DNA of 64,000 nucleotides from Patescibacteria group bacterium. GTDB taxonomy: Bacteria > Patescibacteriota > Minisyncoccia > UBA6257 > 02-FULL-45-10c. Made by a program: the position numbers and the translations under genes. The stretch lies in NCBI GenBank assembly GCA_018969615.1, contig JAGWYA010000002.1, forward strand, positions 3,070-67,069, given 5' to 3'. Shown one piece after another: positions 16,711 through 25,516 of the stretch. Below the pieces are notes generated by a model, which had not been told where the DNA came from, did no database searches, and saw only the letters and a program-made list of their open reading frames with translations. Position 1 is the first letter of the stretch; every line of letters begins with the position of its first letter.

Positions 16711-17808
16711 ATGAATCCCTCTGAATCAAAAACGTTCCAGGAAAAGTTCTCTTTACTTCCCGATAAGATCAAAGAATGGCTTTCTTCAGAAGAGCTGGTC
16801 TATATCATCGGCGATATTGAGACCAAGCTTGGTTTGAGCGACGAAAAAGTACTTGTCATTCCAAGTCTTATCTTGCGCCTTGTGGTACAAGACATTGAAC
16901 CGCAGGATTTCACCAATACGCTTTCCCAGGAACTTGGCGTTTCTTCATTGATCGCAAAAACGATCGCTGAAGAGGTTGAAAAAAATGCATTGCGTCCGAT
17001 CGAGGGGGAGTTGCGTTCAAAGACCGGAATTGAAACAAAGCTTATCTACCATCCTCGTGCAGCAGAAAAAGAAGAGGCTCCAAGACCATCAGTGGCCACA
17101 GCTAAGACCGCAGAGGGTCCGGCATCACTCCCTCAGGAAACTCCGCGTCCGGCAGTTCAGGCAGCATCTCAGCCGAAGCCAGTCATGCCAGCAACCCCTT
17201 CTCCGCGCCCGATCTCGCCGCTCACCTTCACCGCCGGTCCGCAAAAAGAAATAAAACTTCCGGAACCTCCGAAGATGCCGTCTTCGGGAACTCCACAGAC
17301 AAAACCGGCGGCGCCAAGCCAGCCGATCCCGCCCGTTTCTCCTATACCATCCAGGATGCCGACCGCGGCACCAAAACCACAGCCGATTCAGCGGCCTATG
17401 CCGTCTCCTGCGGTAGAGCCGCAACCCGCAGCAGCGCCATTTATACTCCATCAGGAGGCAAGTCCGACCGTCGCGCCGTCGATCGCTCCGCAGCAACATA
17501 TAACCTCTGCGCCGAAACAAAGCCTGACCATGAAGATACAGAATTACTACCAATCCATGGGAACGGCCGAGCGTCCGATCTCAAAACCTGTCTCGGTCCA
17601 AACAGAGATCCCAATCGCGCCGCGCGCTTCAACGCCCCCTGCCGCACCGGACATAAAGCCGACTCCCCAAACCGAACAGGCGCGCGTCGTTCATTATAGC
17701 TCGTTCCGAACTCCGATAACTCCGGAAGGAACGACAAAGATCGAGCCGAAAGCACCAACGCCAAAAGCACCGAATCAGAACGTAGTTGATCTCAGAAAAT
17801 TCATGTAG
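16711..17808 (+). CDS. Hypothetical Pro-rich protein
   Basis: 365 aa; a structured N-terminal roughly 100 aa followed by a long PxxP-rich low-complexity region. Confidence 0.45.
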   Translation: MNPSESKTFQEKFSLLPDKIKEWLSSEELVYIIGDIETKLGLSDEKVLVIPSLILRLVVQDIEPQDFTNTLSQELGVSSLIAKTIAEEVEKNALRPIEGELRSKTGIETKLIYHPRAAEKEEAPRPSVATAKTAEGPASLPQETPRPAVQAASQPKPVMPATPSPRPISPLTFTAGPQKEIKLPEPPKMPSSGTPQTKPAAPSQPIPPVSPIPSRMPTAAPKPQPIQRPMPSPAVEPQPAAAPFILHQEASPTVAPSIAPQQHITSAPKQSLTMKIQNYYQSMGTAERPISKPVSVQTEIPIAPRASTPPAAPDIKPTPQTEQARVVHYSSFRTPITPEGTTKIEPKAPTPKAPNQNVVDLRKFM

Positions 17809-17817
17809 GCGTTTGCC

Positions 17818-18327
17818 ATGCAATTCCAGGTCCCTCAATTCATTGAAACAGAAGATAAGATCGTCGGACCGCTGACCCTGACCCAATTCCTGTATGTTGC
17901 GGCGGGCGGCGGGGTCTGCTTTATTCTCTTCTTCTTCCTTCAGACCCCGCTCTGGATCTTTTTTGTGCTTCTGATCATGCCGGCATCCGTTTCGCTTGCT
18001 TTCGTGAAGATCAACGGGCGCTCGCTTCCGGTCGTACTCCTTGCGGCGCTCGGCTACTACTGGAAACCGCGGTTTTATATTTGGCAGCGCGAAGAAGAAG
18101 CGGTTCCGACCATGCAGCTTCCTAAAATAGGCACGGGGGGTAGCACGCGTTCATTGCTTGATTCTCTGGTCGATCAGTTAAAAACAAGCAAGAACCCGAT
18201 CCCGAAACGCGAAAAAGCGATCGCACCGGCCATCACCGACCGCGTCAAAAGCAGCAAAGAACGATTTGAAACGCTCCGGAAGATCACAGGGGAGGCTGAA
18301 ACAGCCCGCCGCGTTGATTACCGATAG
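17818..18327 (+). CDS. PrgI/VirB3-like small membrane protein of T4SS
   Basis: 169 aa; N-terminus MQFQVPQFIETEDKIVGPLTLTQFLYVAAGG followed by two TM helices and ...KPRFYIW, resembling the PrgI family; placed immediately upstream of VirB4, as prgI-prgJ. Confidence 0.5.
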   Translation: MQFQVPQFIETEDKIVGPLTLTQFLYVAAGGGVCFILFFFLQTPLWIFFVLLIMPASVSLAFVKINGRSLPVVLLAALGYYWKPRFYIWQREEEAVPTMQLPKIGTGGSTRSLLDSLVDQLKTSKNPIPKREKAIAPAITDRVKSSKERFETLRKITGEAETARRVDYR

Positions 18328-18375
18328 GAATATTTCGTTTCATACTTTTCGCGTTTCCCTTTATACTAATAACGT

Positions 18376-19041
18376 ATGGCAAAGTCCCAAGAATCACTGC
18401 CGACGCAGCAATTCATCGGCATCGAATCGATCGATGCCGGCGTCGTAAAGCTCAAAGGCGGCGCGCTCCGCAAGGTTCTTTTAGTGTCCGGGATCAACTT
18501 TTCCTTGAAATCCGAGGAGGAGCAGGGACTTATCACGTATGCCTTTCAGGGATTCCTGAACTCGCTTAATTTTTCAGTACAGGTCTTTGTTCATTCGCGG
18601 AAATTAAATGTTGAGGAGTATTTGCAGAAGTTCGGCGAGCGCGAACAGCAGGAACCGAACCAGCTTCTGAAAAACCTGATCGTTGAATACCGGGAATTCA
18701 TCAAATCGTTCGTCTCTCAAAATGCGATCATGCAAAAAACGTTCTTCGTGATCGTCCCATATGATCCGGTCGGTCTTTCGAAAACCGGAGCGGGCATCGC
18801 CGATACGGTCCTTGGATTTTTCAAGCCGAAAACAGCCCAAGCCCCCGCAGCAAAACCGGAAGATGCCGCCGAGACCTTAGAACAATTGGATCAGCGCGTT
18901 GACCGTGTCGTCAGCGGCTTGAATCAAGTGGGTTTGCGCGCCGTCCCGCTGGATACCGATGAGCTCCTTGAGCTGTTCTACAATCTCTATAATCCGACCA
19001 CGACCGAGAAAAAAGGCATTGAATTCACCGAAAAGAAATAA
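18376..19041 (+). CDS. VirB4/TraE-family N-terminal domain encoded as a separate ORF (split or frameshifted virB4, part 1)
   Basis: 221 aa. IGIESIDAGVVKLKGGALRKVLLVSGINFSLKSEEEQ resembles the N-terminal domain of Gram-positive VirB4 (PrgJ/TcpF-like). It stops at TAA 19039-19041, two nt before the ATG of the ATPase ORF in the +1 frame. Confidence 0.55.
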   Translation: MAKSQESLPTQQFIGIESIDAGVVKLKGGALRKVLLVSGINFSLKSEEEQGLITYAFQGFLNSLNFSVQVFVHSRKLNVEEYLQKFGEREQQEPNQLLKNLIVEYREFIKSFVSQNAIMQKTFFVIVPYDPVGLSKTGAGIADTVLGFFKPKTAQAPAAKPEDAAETLEQLDQRVDRVVSGLNQVGLRAVPLDTDELLELFYNLYNPTTTEKKGIEFTEKK

Positions 19042-19042
19042 T

Positions 19043-20755
19043 ATGGACAAGAACGTTACGAACATCATCGCCCCGGCGGCGATCCAAGTCGATCCGAACT
19101 ACCTGAAGGTAGGGGATAAATACACGAAAACGATGTTCATCTTTACCTATCCGCGCTATCTGACCACCGGCTGGTTCTCAGGGATCATTGATATGCCTGA
19201 ACTGCTCGATATTTCCATCTTCATTCATCCCGTCGAAACGACTCTCGCGCTCAAAAAACTCCGCCGGAAAGCGGCACAGGTTGAATCCCAGGTGATGGAA
19301 CGCCAGCAAAAGGGGCAAGTGCGCGATCCGATGCTTGAGACCGCCTATCAGGATATCGAATCGCTCCGCGATTCGCTTCAACAGACCCGCGAAAACCTTT
19401 TCAATGTCGGCGTCTATTTGACGATCTATGCGGATACAGTTGAAGCGCTCCATAAAATAGAAGGTAAGATCACTTCGCTCCTCGAAAGCCGCCTTGTCTA
19501 CGTAAAACCGGCGCTCTTCCAGCAGATCGAAGGGTTCGAGTCAACGCTTCCGCTCGGACAGGATAAGCTTGGCGTCTATAATCCGCTCAATTCCGGGCCG
19601 CTCTCTTCGATCTTTCCGTTCACCTCGGCCGATCTTACCTCGAACAGCGGGATTATGTACGGCATCAACCGCCATAATAACACCCTGATCATCTTCGACC
19701 GCTTCTCGCTGGAAAATGCGAATATGGTGATCTTTGCAAAGTCCGGCAGCGGTAAATCCTACGCGACCAAGCTCGAGATCATCCGCCTTCTAATGCTCGG
19801 CACGGATGTCCTGGTGATCGACCCGGAGAACGAATACGAGAACCTCGCCTCGGCGGTCGGCGGAAGCTATTTCCGCATCTCGCTTGCCTCGGAACACCAC
19901 ATTAATCCGTTCGATCTTCCGGTCGTTCCGCCGGACGAAGATCCGTCCGATGTTCTCCGCTCCCATATTGTGAACCTCGCCGGCCTTCTCAAGATCATGC
20001 TTGGGCAGATCACCTCTGAAGAAGACGCGCTTCTTGATCGCGCATTGGGCGAAACCTACGCTTCCCACGATATCGTTGCCGGCAAAGACTTCACGAACGC
20101 AACGCCGCCGCTTTTGGAAGATCTTCAAAAGATCCTTCAAAACATGGAGGGCGGTCGGGGACTCGCGGAGCGCCTCTATAAATTCACCTCGGGAAGTTAC
20201 GCCGGCTTTACGAACCAGCCGACGAACATCGATATTAAGAACCGTCTGATCGTATTCTCGATCCGCGATCTTGAGGACGAGCTCCGGCCGATCGCCATGT
20301 ATATCGTCCTCAACTTCATCTGGAGCCTGATTCGCGCCACGCTCAAAAAACGCGTGCTGGTCATCGATGAGGCATGGGTCATTATGAAACACGACGACGG
20401 CGCGACCTTCCTCTTCGGTCTCGTAAAGCGCTGCCGCAAATATTTCATGGGCGTCACGACGATCACCCAAGACGTTGAAGACTTCTTAAAATCACCGTAC
20501 GGGCGGCCGATCATAACCAACTCATCGCTCCAATTGCTTTTGAAGCAGGCCCCGGCATCCATGGACGTCATCACGAAAACCTTCAACCTGACCGAAGGCG
20601 AAAAAGACCTTCTTCTCCAGGCGAGCGTAGGCGAGGGGCTCTTCTTTGCAGGCCTCAATCATGTTGCGATCCAGATCATCCCGTCCTATTTGGAGGATAA
20701 GATCGTTACTACAAAACCGGAACAGATCCTCGAGCAGAAATCTACGCTCGAATAA
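19043..20755 (+). CDS. virB4: VirB4/TrbE/CagE-family T4SS ATPase, C-terminal ATPase domain (part 2)
   Basis: 570 aa; Walker A AKSGSGKSYATK, Walker B VLVIDEAWVIM, and the typical ITQDVEDF C-terminal region. Confidence 0.8.
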   Translation: MDKNVTNIIAPAAIQVDPNYLKVGDKYTKTMFIFTYPRYLTTGWFSGIIDMPELLDISIFIHPVETTLALKKLRRKAAQVESQVMERQQKGQVRDPMLETAYQDIESLRDSLQQTRENLFNVGVYLTIYADTVEALHKIEGKITSLLESRLVYVKPALFQQIEGFESTLPLGQDKLGVYNPLNSGPLSSIFPFTSADLTSNSGIMYGINRHNNTLIIFDRFSLENANMVIFAKSGSGKSYATKLEIIRLLMLGTDVLVIDPENEYENLASAVGGSYFRISLASEHHINPFDLPVVPPDEDPSDVLRSHIVNLAGLLKIMLGQITSEEDALLDRALGETYASHDIVAGKDFTNATPPLLEDLQKILQNMEGGRGLAERLYKFTSGSYAGFTNQPTNIDIKNRLIVFSIRDLEDELRPIAMYIVLNFIWSLIRATLKKRVLVIDEAWVIMKHDDGATFLFGLVKRCRKYFMGVTTITQDVEDFLKSPYGRPIITNSSLQLLLKQAPASMDVITKTFNLTEGEKDLLLQASVGEGLFFAGLNHVAIQIIPSYLEDKIVTTKPEQILEQKSTLE

Positions 20756-20759
20756 CCCC

Positions 20760-21128
20760 ATGAATAAAAATGCAAAGATAGGCATTATTGATGCGATCAT
20801 TATGACACTGCTTTGCATCAGTGCAGATGCCGCCCAGATCATTGCTGATCTCAGTATCGCTATTCCAGTTGTCGGTGAGGTACTGCCATTAGCTGCATGG
20901 GCGTATGGGCTTGCCATTTCCGGTATTGTACTTTTTTGGCTTATAATGAAAGGAGTGAGCACGAAGTGGTTCCTTGGGGGAGCGGGTATCGATCTTATAC
21001 CTTTTGTAAATATCTTACCGGGAACTACCGCAGCGATCATTGCAACGATCATCGAGGATAATCTTCCTGAGAAGACAAAAGCAGTGACATCCCTTGTATC
21101 AAAAGCGGTCAATCCATTGGAAAAATAA
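20760..21128 (+). CDS. Small hydrophobic membrane protein (122 aa), possible pilin-like/T4SS subunit
   Basis: ATG 20760 directly after virB4; two long hydrophobic stretches; no signal-peptidase motif recognised. Confidence 0.4.
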   Translation: MNKNAKIGIIDAIIMTLLCISADAAQIIADLSIAIPVVGEVLPLAAWAYGLAISGIVLFWLIMKGVSTKWFLGGAGIDLIPFVNILPGTTAAIIATIIEDNLPEKTKAVTSLVSKAVNPLEK

Positions 21129-21877
21129 TGACGATCATGAGAACTCATACTAAAACCGGATCATTCGCCGCCCATCATCGACTGGCATGGTTTTCGGCTA
21201 TTTTACTGCCTACTGCCTACTGCCTCCTTGCTCTGACAGCAAACGCACAAACCGCTCCCGAGTTCATGGTTAGTTGGAAGGCCCTCGACTATGTTCCTGC
21301 GGACTATATCGGAAAAACATTGCCGACTCAAACGACGCAAGTCGAAGCGGCATTTGATGTGATCGATCAAGGAAAGATCGTCGATGTTTCAAAGAATATG
21401 ATAAATTGGTATGACAACAATGCCCTTATCGCCGCAGGGATAGGATTAAAGACGTTCAAGTTAACCCCCAGCAGCACGCAAAGCGACACCATCCGGATTG
21501 CGGTCTCGAATTATAATGCCAATGGGGATATCTCCACCTCATTTTTGGTCCCGATCGTGAAGCCTGAAGTGGCTGTCAGCGTACCGACACCGACCGCAAA
21601 TCTTTATCGGAACCGCACCGCTCTTGCACCTCAGCCCTATCTCCTTGAAGCCCGGCCTTTCTTTTTCAATGCGACCTCACTCTCCGGACTTACATTCTCT
21701 TGGCAGGTAAACAATACATCACCAACAGGGAATCCGGGAAATCCCAATTTTCTAACGCTTGATCTCTCTTCTCAAGGAACCCCTCAAGAAACCGATATTA
21801 CGCTTTCAGCCGGAGTGACTAATACCGGTAACCAACTCGAACTTGGCAGTCGCATGCTTAATCTTATCGTACAATAA
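21128..21877 (+). CDS. Secreted hypothetical protein; the signal-peptide coding region contains a (TACTGCC)x3 heptanucleotide repeat
   Basis: 249 aa; start overlaps the previous stop (taATG); signal peptide AILLPTAYCLLALTANAQT; heptamer tandem repeat at 21205-21228. Confidence 0.5.
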   Translation: MTIMRTHTKTGSFAAHHRLAWFSAILLPTAYCLLALTANAQTAPEFMVSWKALDYVPADYIGKTLPTQTTQVEAAFDVIDQGKIVDVSKNMINWYDNNALIAAGIGLKTFKLTPSSTQSDTIRIAVSNYNANGDISTSFLVPIVKPEVAVSVPTPTANLYRNRTALAPQPYLLEARPFFFNATSLSGLTFSWQVNNTSPTGNPGNPNFLTLDLSSQGTPQETDITLSAGVTNTGNQLELGSRMLNLIVQ

Positions 21878-21885
21878 CCATACAT

Positions 21886-23022
21886 ATGATCCATTATTCC
21901 TTTTCCGGTATCCCTAAAAAAGTCGCGATCTCTTTTTTAGTTGCATTCCTTTCAGTATCACTGGCTGGTCTTGCTGCGGCTCAACAATATGTGCCGCCGA
22001 TCAGTGGAGGGCAATGTCCCGCCGGTTCGATCCCGGCAGGAACATATTCTGATGGCACGCCCCGATGCCAAGTTCAATCGACAACCCCTGCCGCATCCAC
22101 AGCCAATACCTCAACCTCTCAGTCGGGGGACATTGTTCCTACAACACTTGGTCTCACGCCCTCGGGCCTTGTTGGTGTAACTTGTCCAAATGGATATACC
22201 GTGAACTATGACCTATCTGGGAATGGCGGGCAGATCTGCTTGAAGAACGGCGCGCCGACTCCATCAGGTTATCAGGTCCAATCAAGTACCGATACCGTGA
22301 AAGGCACGCCTGTCAGCTCTTCCACTGCAGCAGCCTTTAATCCTTCCTTAGCGCCTACGACTATTTCTCAGCATGTCGATTCTTATGCGGTTAAATACAC
22401 TATCCCATGCCAACCGACTGCCGGAGGAACGTGTCCCGCCGAAAGTAATTCATCGCCTGCAGCGTATATCGTCCGCCTCTATCAATTCGGTCTGATGATC
22501 GTCGGCCTCCTCGCGTTTGGCGCGATCGTCTATGGAGCATTGAAGTATATTCTCTCCGCGGGGAACATGGCCGATCAGTCCGATGCAAAAGATCAGATCA
22601 CCCAGGCGCTCTGGGGCGTTGTCCTCCTTCTTGGCGCCTATACGCTTCTTTATACGATCAATCCGCGGCTCGTCAGTTTAAGTAATCCGGAGATCGTTCC
22701 TCTGAACGTCTCGGCACTTCAATCACCGTCAGGGAATGGAACGCCGGGAAGTCAGATCCCGACCGCTGCCGGTCCAGGAGGCGATCCGCTTTGCAAGTTA
22801 TATGTGAATTCGGGTATTAACATAAACCTCTCAACCTCAGCAGGAAATCTTGGTGGAACTCCTCAAGGCTGCATCCAGTGTGTATCAAACGCATCAGTAT
22901 CAGGCGGCACATGCCAATGTGATACTGGATATACAACCACTGCAGGAACAGATAATAATACTTGTGTTCCGCTTCCGGCTAAAGGACCCAATAGTCCGAA
23001 ATTAACAGCCCCACTTCAATAA
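21886..23022 (+). CDS. Secreted Cys-rich protein with an internal pair of hydrophobic helices (VirB2/TrbC-pilin-like hairpin)
   Basis: 378 aa; signal peptide; many Cys in both N- and C-terminal thirds; central FGLMIVGLLAFGAIVYGALKYIL - loop - LWGVVLLLGAYTLLYTINP. Confidence 0.4.
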   Translation: MIHYSFSGIPKKVAISFLVAFLSVSLAGLAAAQQYVPPISGGQCPAGSIPAGTYSDGTPRCQVQSTTPAASTANTSTSQSGDIVPTTLGLTPSGLVGVTCPNGYTVNYDLSGNGGQICLKNGAPTPSGYQVQSSTDTVKGTPVSSSTAAAFNPSLAPTTISQHVDSYAVKYTIPCQPTAGGTCPAESNSSPAAYIVRLYQFGLMIVGLLAFGAIVYGALKYILSAGNMADQSDAKDQITQALWGVVLLLGAYTLLYTINPRLVSLSNPEIVPLNVSALQSPSGNGTPGSQIPTAAGPGGDPLCKLYVNSGININLSTSAGNLGGTPQGCIQCVSNASVSGGTCQCDTGYTTTAGTDNNTCVPLPAKGPNSPKLTAPLQ

Positions 23023-23065
23023 CAAACCCCCTCTGACATGACTGAGCATTTGAACATAACTCACT

Positions 23066-24148
23066 ATGAACTGGCTTAAACTTATAAAATATCTGGTCAT
23101 TATCCTCATCATTGTGGGGATCGTCTGGTTAGTGCGCTTCTTCTTTTTCTCAACGCCGGCAGGCCAAAATATTTTGAGCGCACTTCTCCCGCAACAGGCG
23201 GCGCAGCCGGTTGCCACTTCGACCGCGCAACAACTCAACGCACTGACCTCGGAACCGATCTTCGATTACTGGGTCAGTACGAGCACGAATGCCGTCTTTT
23301 ATGCGACCGAAACGGGGCAGATCATGAAGCTCGCCAATGCGCAAACAATGCCGGTTACATCCCAGACCATCACGCGGCTTCATTCCATTGCCGGATCATA
23401 TGATGGCGCATACGCCGTTGCCGAGTTCAATTATCCGTCCCTTCCGCTTTTCAGCGTCCTGACCACCGCGAATAAAACCTGGCAGCCACTGCCGGTCGGC
23501 ACGATCGCCGCCGCGTGGTCGCCTGACAAAGATCAGCTGGCCTACCTCAGCAGTACGGCATTGAATATCCTGGATATGGCCACGAATAAGACTACTCAGG
23601 TCATGCCGCTGACCCAGGAAGAACTGGCTATGACATGGGTGACCGATTCGAAGATCGTTTTGAGCACGCTGCCGACCGCCCAACTGAATACCGAGACCTG
23701 GACCATCGATCCGGTGAAGAAAACGATCACGTCGTCCCTGGAGGCCCCGGGGACCGTCACAAACTGGTCGCCGGACGGAACGATGGGCATCATGCTGACC
23801 AACACCAATAATGCTCCGGTTACGAGCCTCATCGATCCGAACCAAAACCAGCTCTCCCAGTTCTCCTTCGTCACGATGCCGGAGAAGTGCGCGTTCGACG
23901 GAACTAAGATCTACTGCGCGATCCCCAAAAACATTCCAACCCAGGCAACGCTTCCGGATGACTTCTACAAAAAATCGGTTTACTTCGATGATGCGATCTA
24001 TCTGATCGATCTTTCCTCGGGCGGATTCACGCAGGCGCAGACCGGCTCGGCAAACCCGATCGATGCGACCCATTTGGAAGTCCAGGGCTCGGCGCTGCTC
24101 TTCATCAACCGCCTCGACAACAAGCTGTACTCGCTGACACTGCAGTAG
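23066..24148 (+). CDS. TolB-like/PD40 beta-propeller repeat protein, membrane-anchored
   Basis: 360 aa; N-terminal TM; repeated WSPDKDQLAY / WSPDGTMGIM motifs typical of PD40 repeats. Confidence 0.5.
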   Translation: MNWLKLIKYLVIILIIVGIVWLVRFFFFSTPAGQNILSALLPQQAAQPVATSTAQQLNALTSEPIFDYWVSTSTNAVFYATETGQIMKLANAQTMPVTSQTITRLHSIAGSYDGAYAVAEFNYPSLPLFSVLTTANKTWQPLPVGTIAAAWSPDKDQLAYLSSTALNILDMATNKTTQVMPLTQEELAMTWVTDSKIVLSTLPTAQLNTETWTIDPVKKTITSSLEAPGTVTNWSPDGTMGIMLTNTNNAPVTSLIDPNQNQLSQFSFVTMPEKCAFDGTKIYCAIPKNIPTQATLPDDFYKKSVYFDDAIYLIDLSSGGFTQAQTGSANPIDATHLEVQGSALLFINRLDNKLYSLTLQ

Positions 24149-24323
24149 AATTTTTCCGCTCGTGAGGGCAGAGGAACTTATTTTGGGAACGTAAGAATTT
24201 CAATGTTCTCAAAAGAAGTTCCTCTGCCTTATAGCCTTTCACATATAAAAGTACCGCATCATTTTCTAAGTATTGAAATACTTACACTTAGAAAGTGATA
24301 CGGTGCTTTTTATAACTACTTAA

Positions 24324-24366
24324 GAAAATACTCTCCGACTTCTATTGGAGAGTATTTTCTTTTTTA
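24324..24366 (+). terminator. Terminator hairpin (gaaaatactctcc / ggagagtattttc + TTTTTT), third of three consecutive hairpins in 24167-24366
   Basis: Perfect 13-bp stem with T-run; the jag stop codon (24364-24366) abuts it. Confidence 0.6.
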
Positions 24367-24795
24367 CAGGTCCAGCGGTTTGACCACCACCTGCCGCGCT
24401 TCGCCTTCGCCGATGCTTTCCGTTTTGATGTCAGGCCGCGTCGCAAGCTCCACATGCACCAACCGGCGTTCATAGGCGTTCATCGCCGGGAGAGAAACCT
24501 CTTTCTTCTCCAGAAGCGCTTTGCGCGCGGCCGCTTTCGCGAGCTCGCCGATCAGACGCTCCCGTTCACGCTTGTAGTTGTTCACGTCAACGATCACGCG
24601 TTCCAGTTGCATCTTCTTCGCCATCAAACGCACGACATGGTCGAGGTCCTGCATCAAACGCGGAAGGAATCGGGCAACCACATCCTCGTCATGGATAAAA
24701 ATGCTCACGCGGCGCCCTTCAGCGTCCACGTCAACCGAGAAGTCCAGCCCGGACGGCCGTAACATCTGTTCGATCGTTTGTTTAAGCGAGTCCAT
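24364..24795 (-). CDS. Jag/KhpB-like RNA-binding protein (Jag_N + KH + R3H)
   Basis: 143 aa; conserved position downstream of yidC in the rnpA-yidC-jag cluster; C-terminal R3H-like ERRLVHVELA motif. Confidence 0.7.
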   Translation of the reverse strand: MDSLKQTIEQMLRPSGLDFSVDVDAEGRRVSIFIHDEDVVARFLPRLMQDLDHVVRLMAKKMQLERVIVDVNNYKRERERLIGELAKAAARKALLEKKEVSLPAMNAYERRLVHVELATRPDIKTESIGEGEARQVVVKPLDL

Positions 24796-25501
24796 GTACT
24801 TTTTCTTCTTCTTTAATATTGATGGTCTTATTGATATAGATCTGCTGACCGGCGGTAAAGACCGAGGTCACCACCCAGTACAAACCGATCGCCGAAGGAA
24901 GAGTTCCCAGGATCACCACCGTGATCACCGGACCGATGAAGATCATCTGCCGCGTCATTTGATCCGCAGTCGAGAGCTCCTGCCCCTTTTCGAGCTTCGG
25001 TAGTGCCAGGCGCCCTTGCACGTATTGTGCCGCTGCCGCCAGGATAACCATAAGAATACTCGGATTTTGGAGATTGAGCAAGTGCAGGAACGTAGCGTTT
25101 ATCTGCTGCGGGACGGCAACAAAGCTATACAGCAGCGTCAGAGACTCCGGAGTGATCTTCTGTAAAAAGACGCGATAAAGTCCGATCAACACCGGAAGCT
25201 GGACCAGCAGCATCAAAAATCCCGAAAAAGGGTTCACATTATGCTGCCGATAGAGCTCCATCATAGCCTGTGCCTGTTTTTCTTTATCATCCTTATGCTG
25301 ATGCTGGATCTTTTTAATATCCGGCTGAAGCTTTTGAATAAGGGTCTGGTTCCGGGCGCCTTTATAGAAAAGCGGCATGAATGCGATACGGATCGCGAGC
25401 GTCAAAAGAATGATCGCAACGCCAAGATCATGAAACGCGATCGTGTTATAGAACACGATGAGCGCATTGAGGAACGGGGTGTAGAAAATGGCTTGGAGCA
25501 T
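24782..25501 (-). CDS. yidC: Membrane protein insertase YidC/Oxa1 (short form)
   Basis: 239 aa; multi-TM; conserved region LAIRIAFMPLFYKGARNQTLIQKLQPDIKKIQHQHKDDKEKQAQAMMELYRQHNVNPFSG; located between rnpA and jag. Confidence 0.8.
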   Translation of the reverse strand: MLQAIFYTPFLNALIVFYNTIAFHDLGVAIILLTLAIRIAFMPLFYKGARNQTLIQKLQPDIKKIQHQHKDDKEKQAQAMMELYRQHNVNPFSGFLMLLVQLPVLIGLYRVFLQKITPESLTLLYSFVAVPQQINATFLHLLNLQNPSILMVILAAAAQYVQGRLALPKLEKGQELSTADQMTRQMIFIGPVITVVILGTLPSAIGLYWVVTSVFTAGQQIYINKTINIKEEEKVHGLA

Positions 25502-25516
25502 AGAAAGATAAATGGC

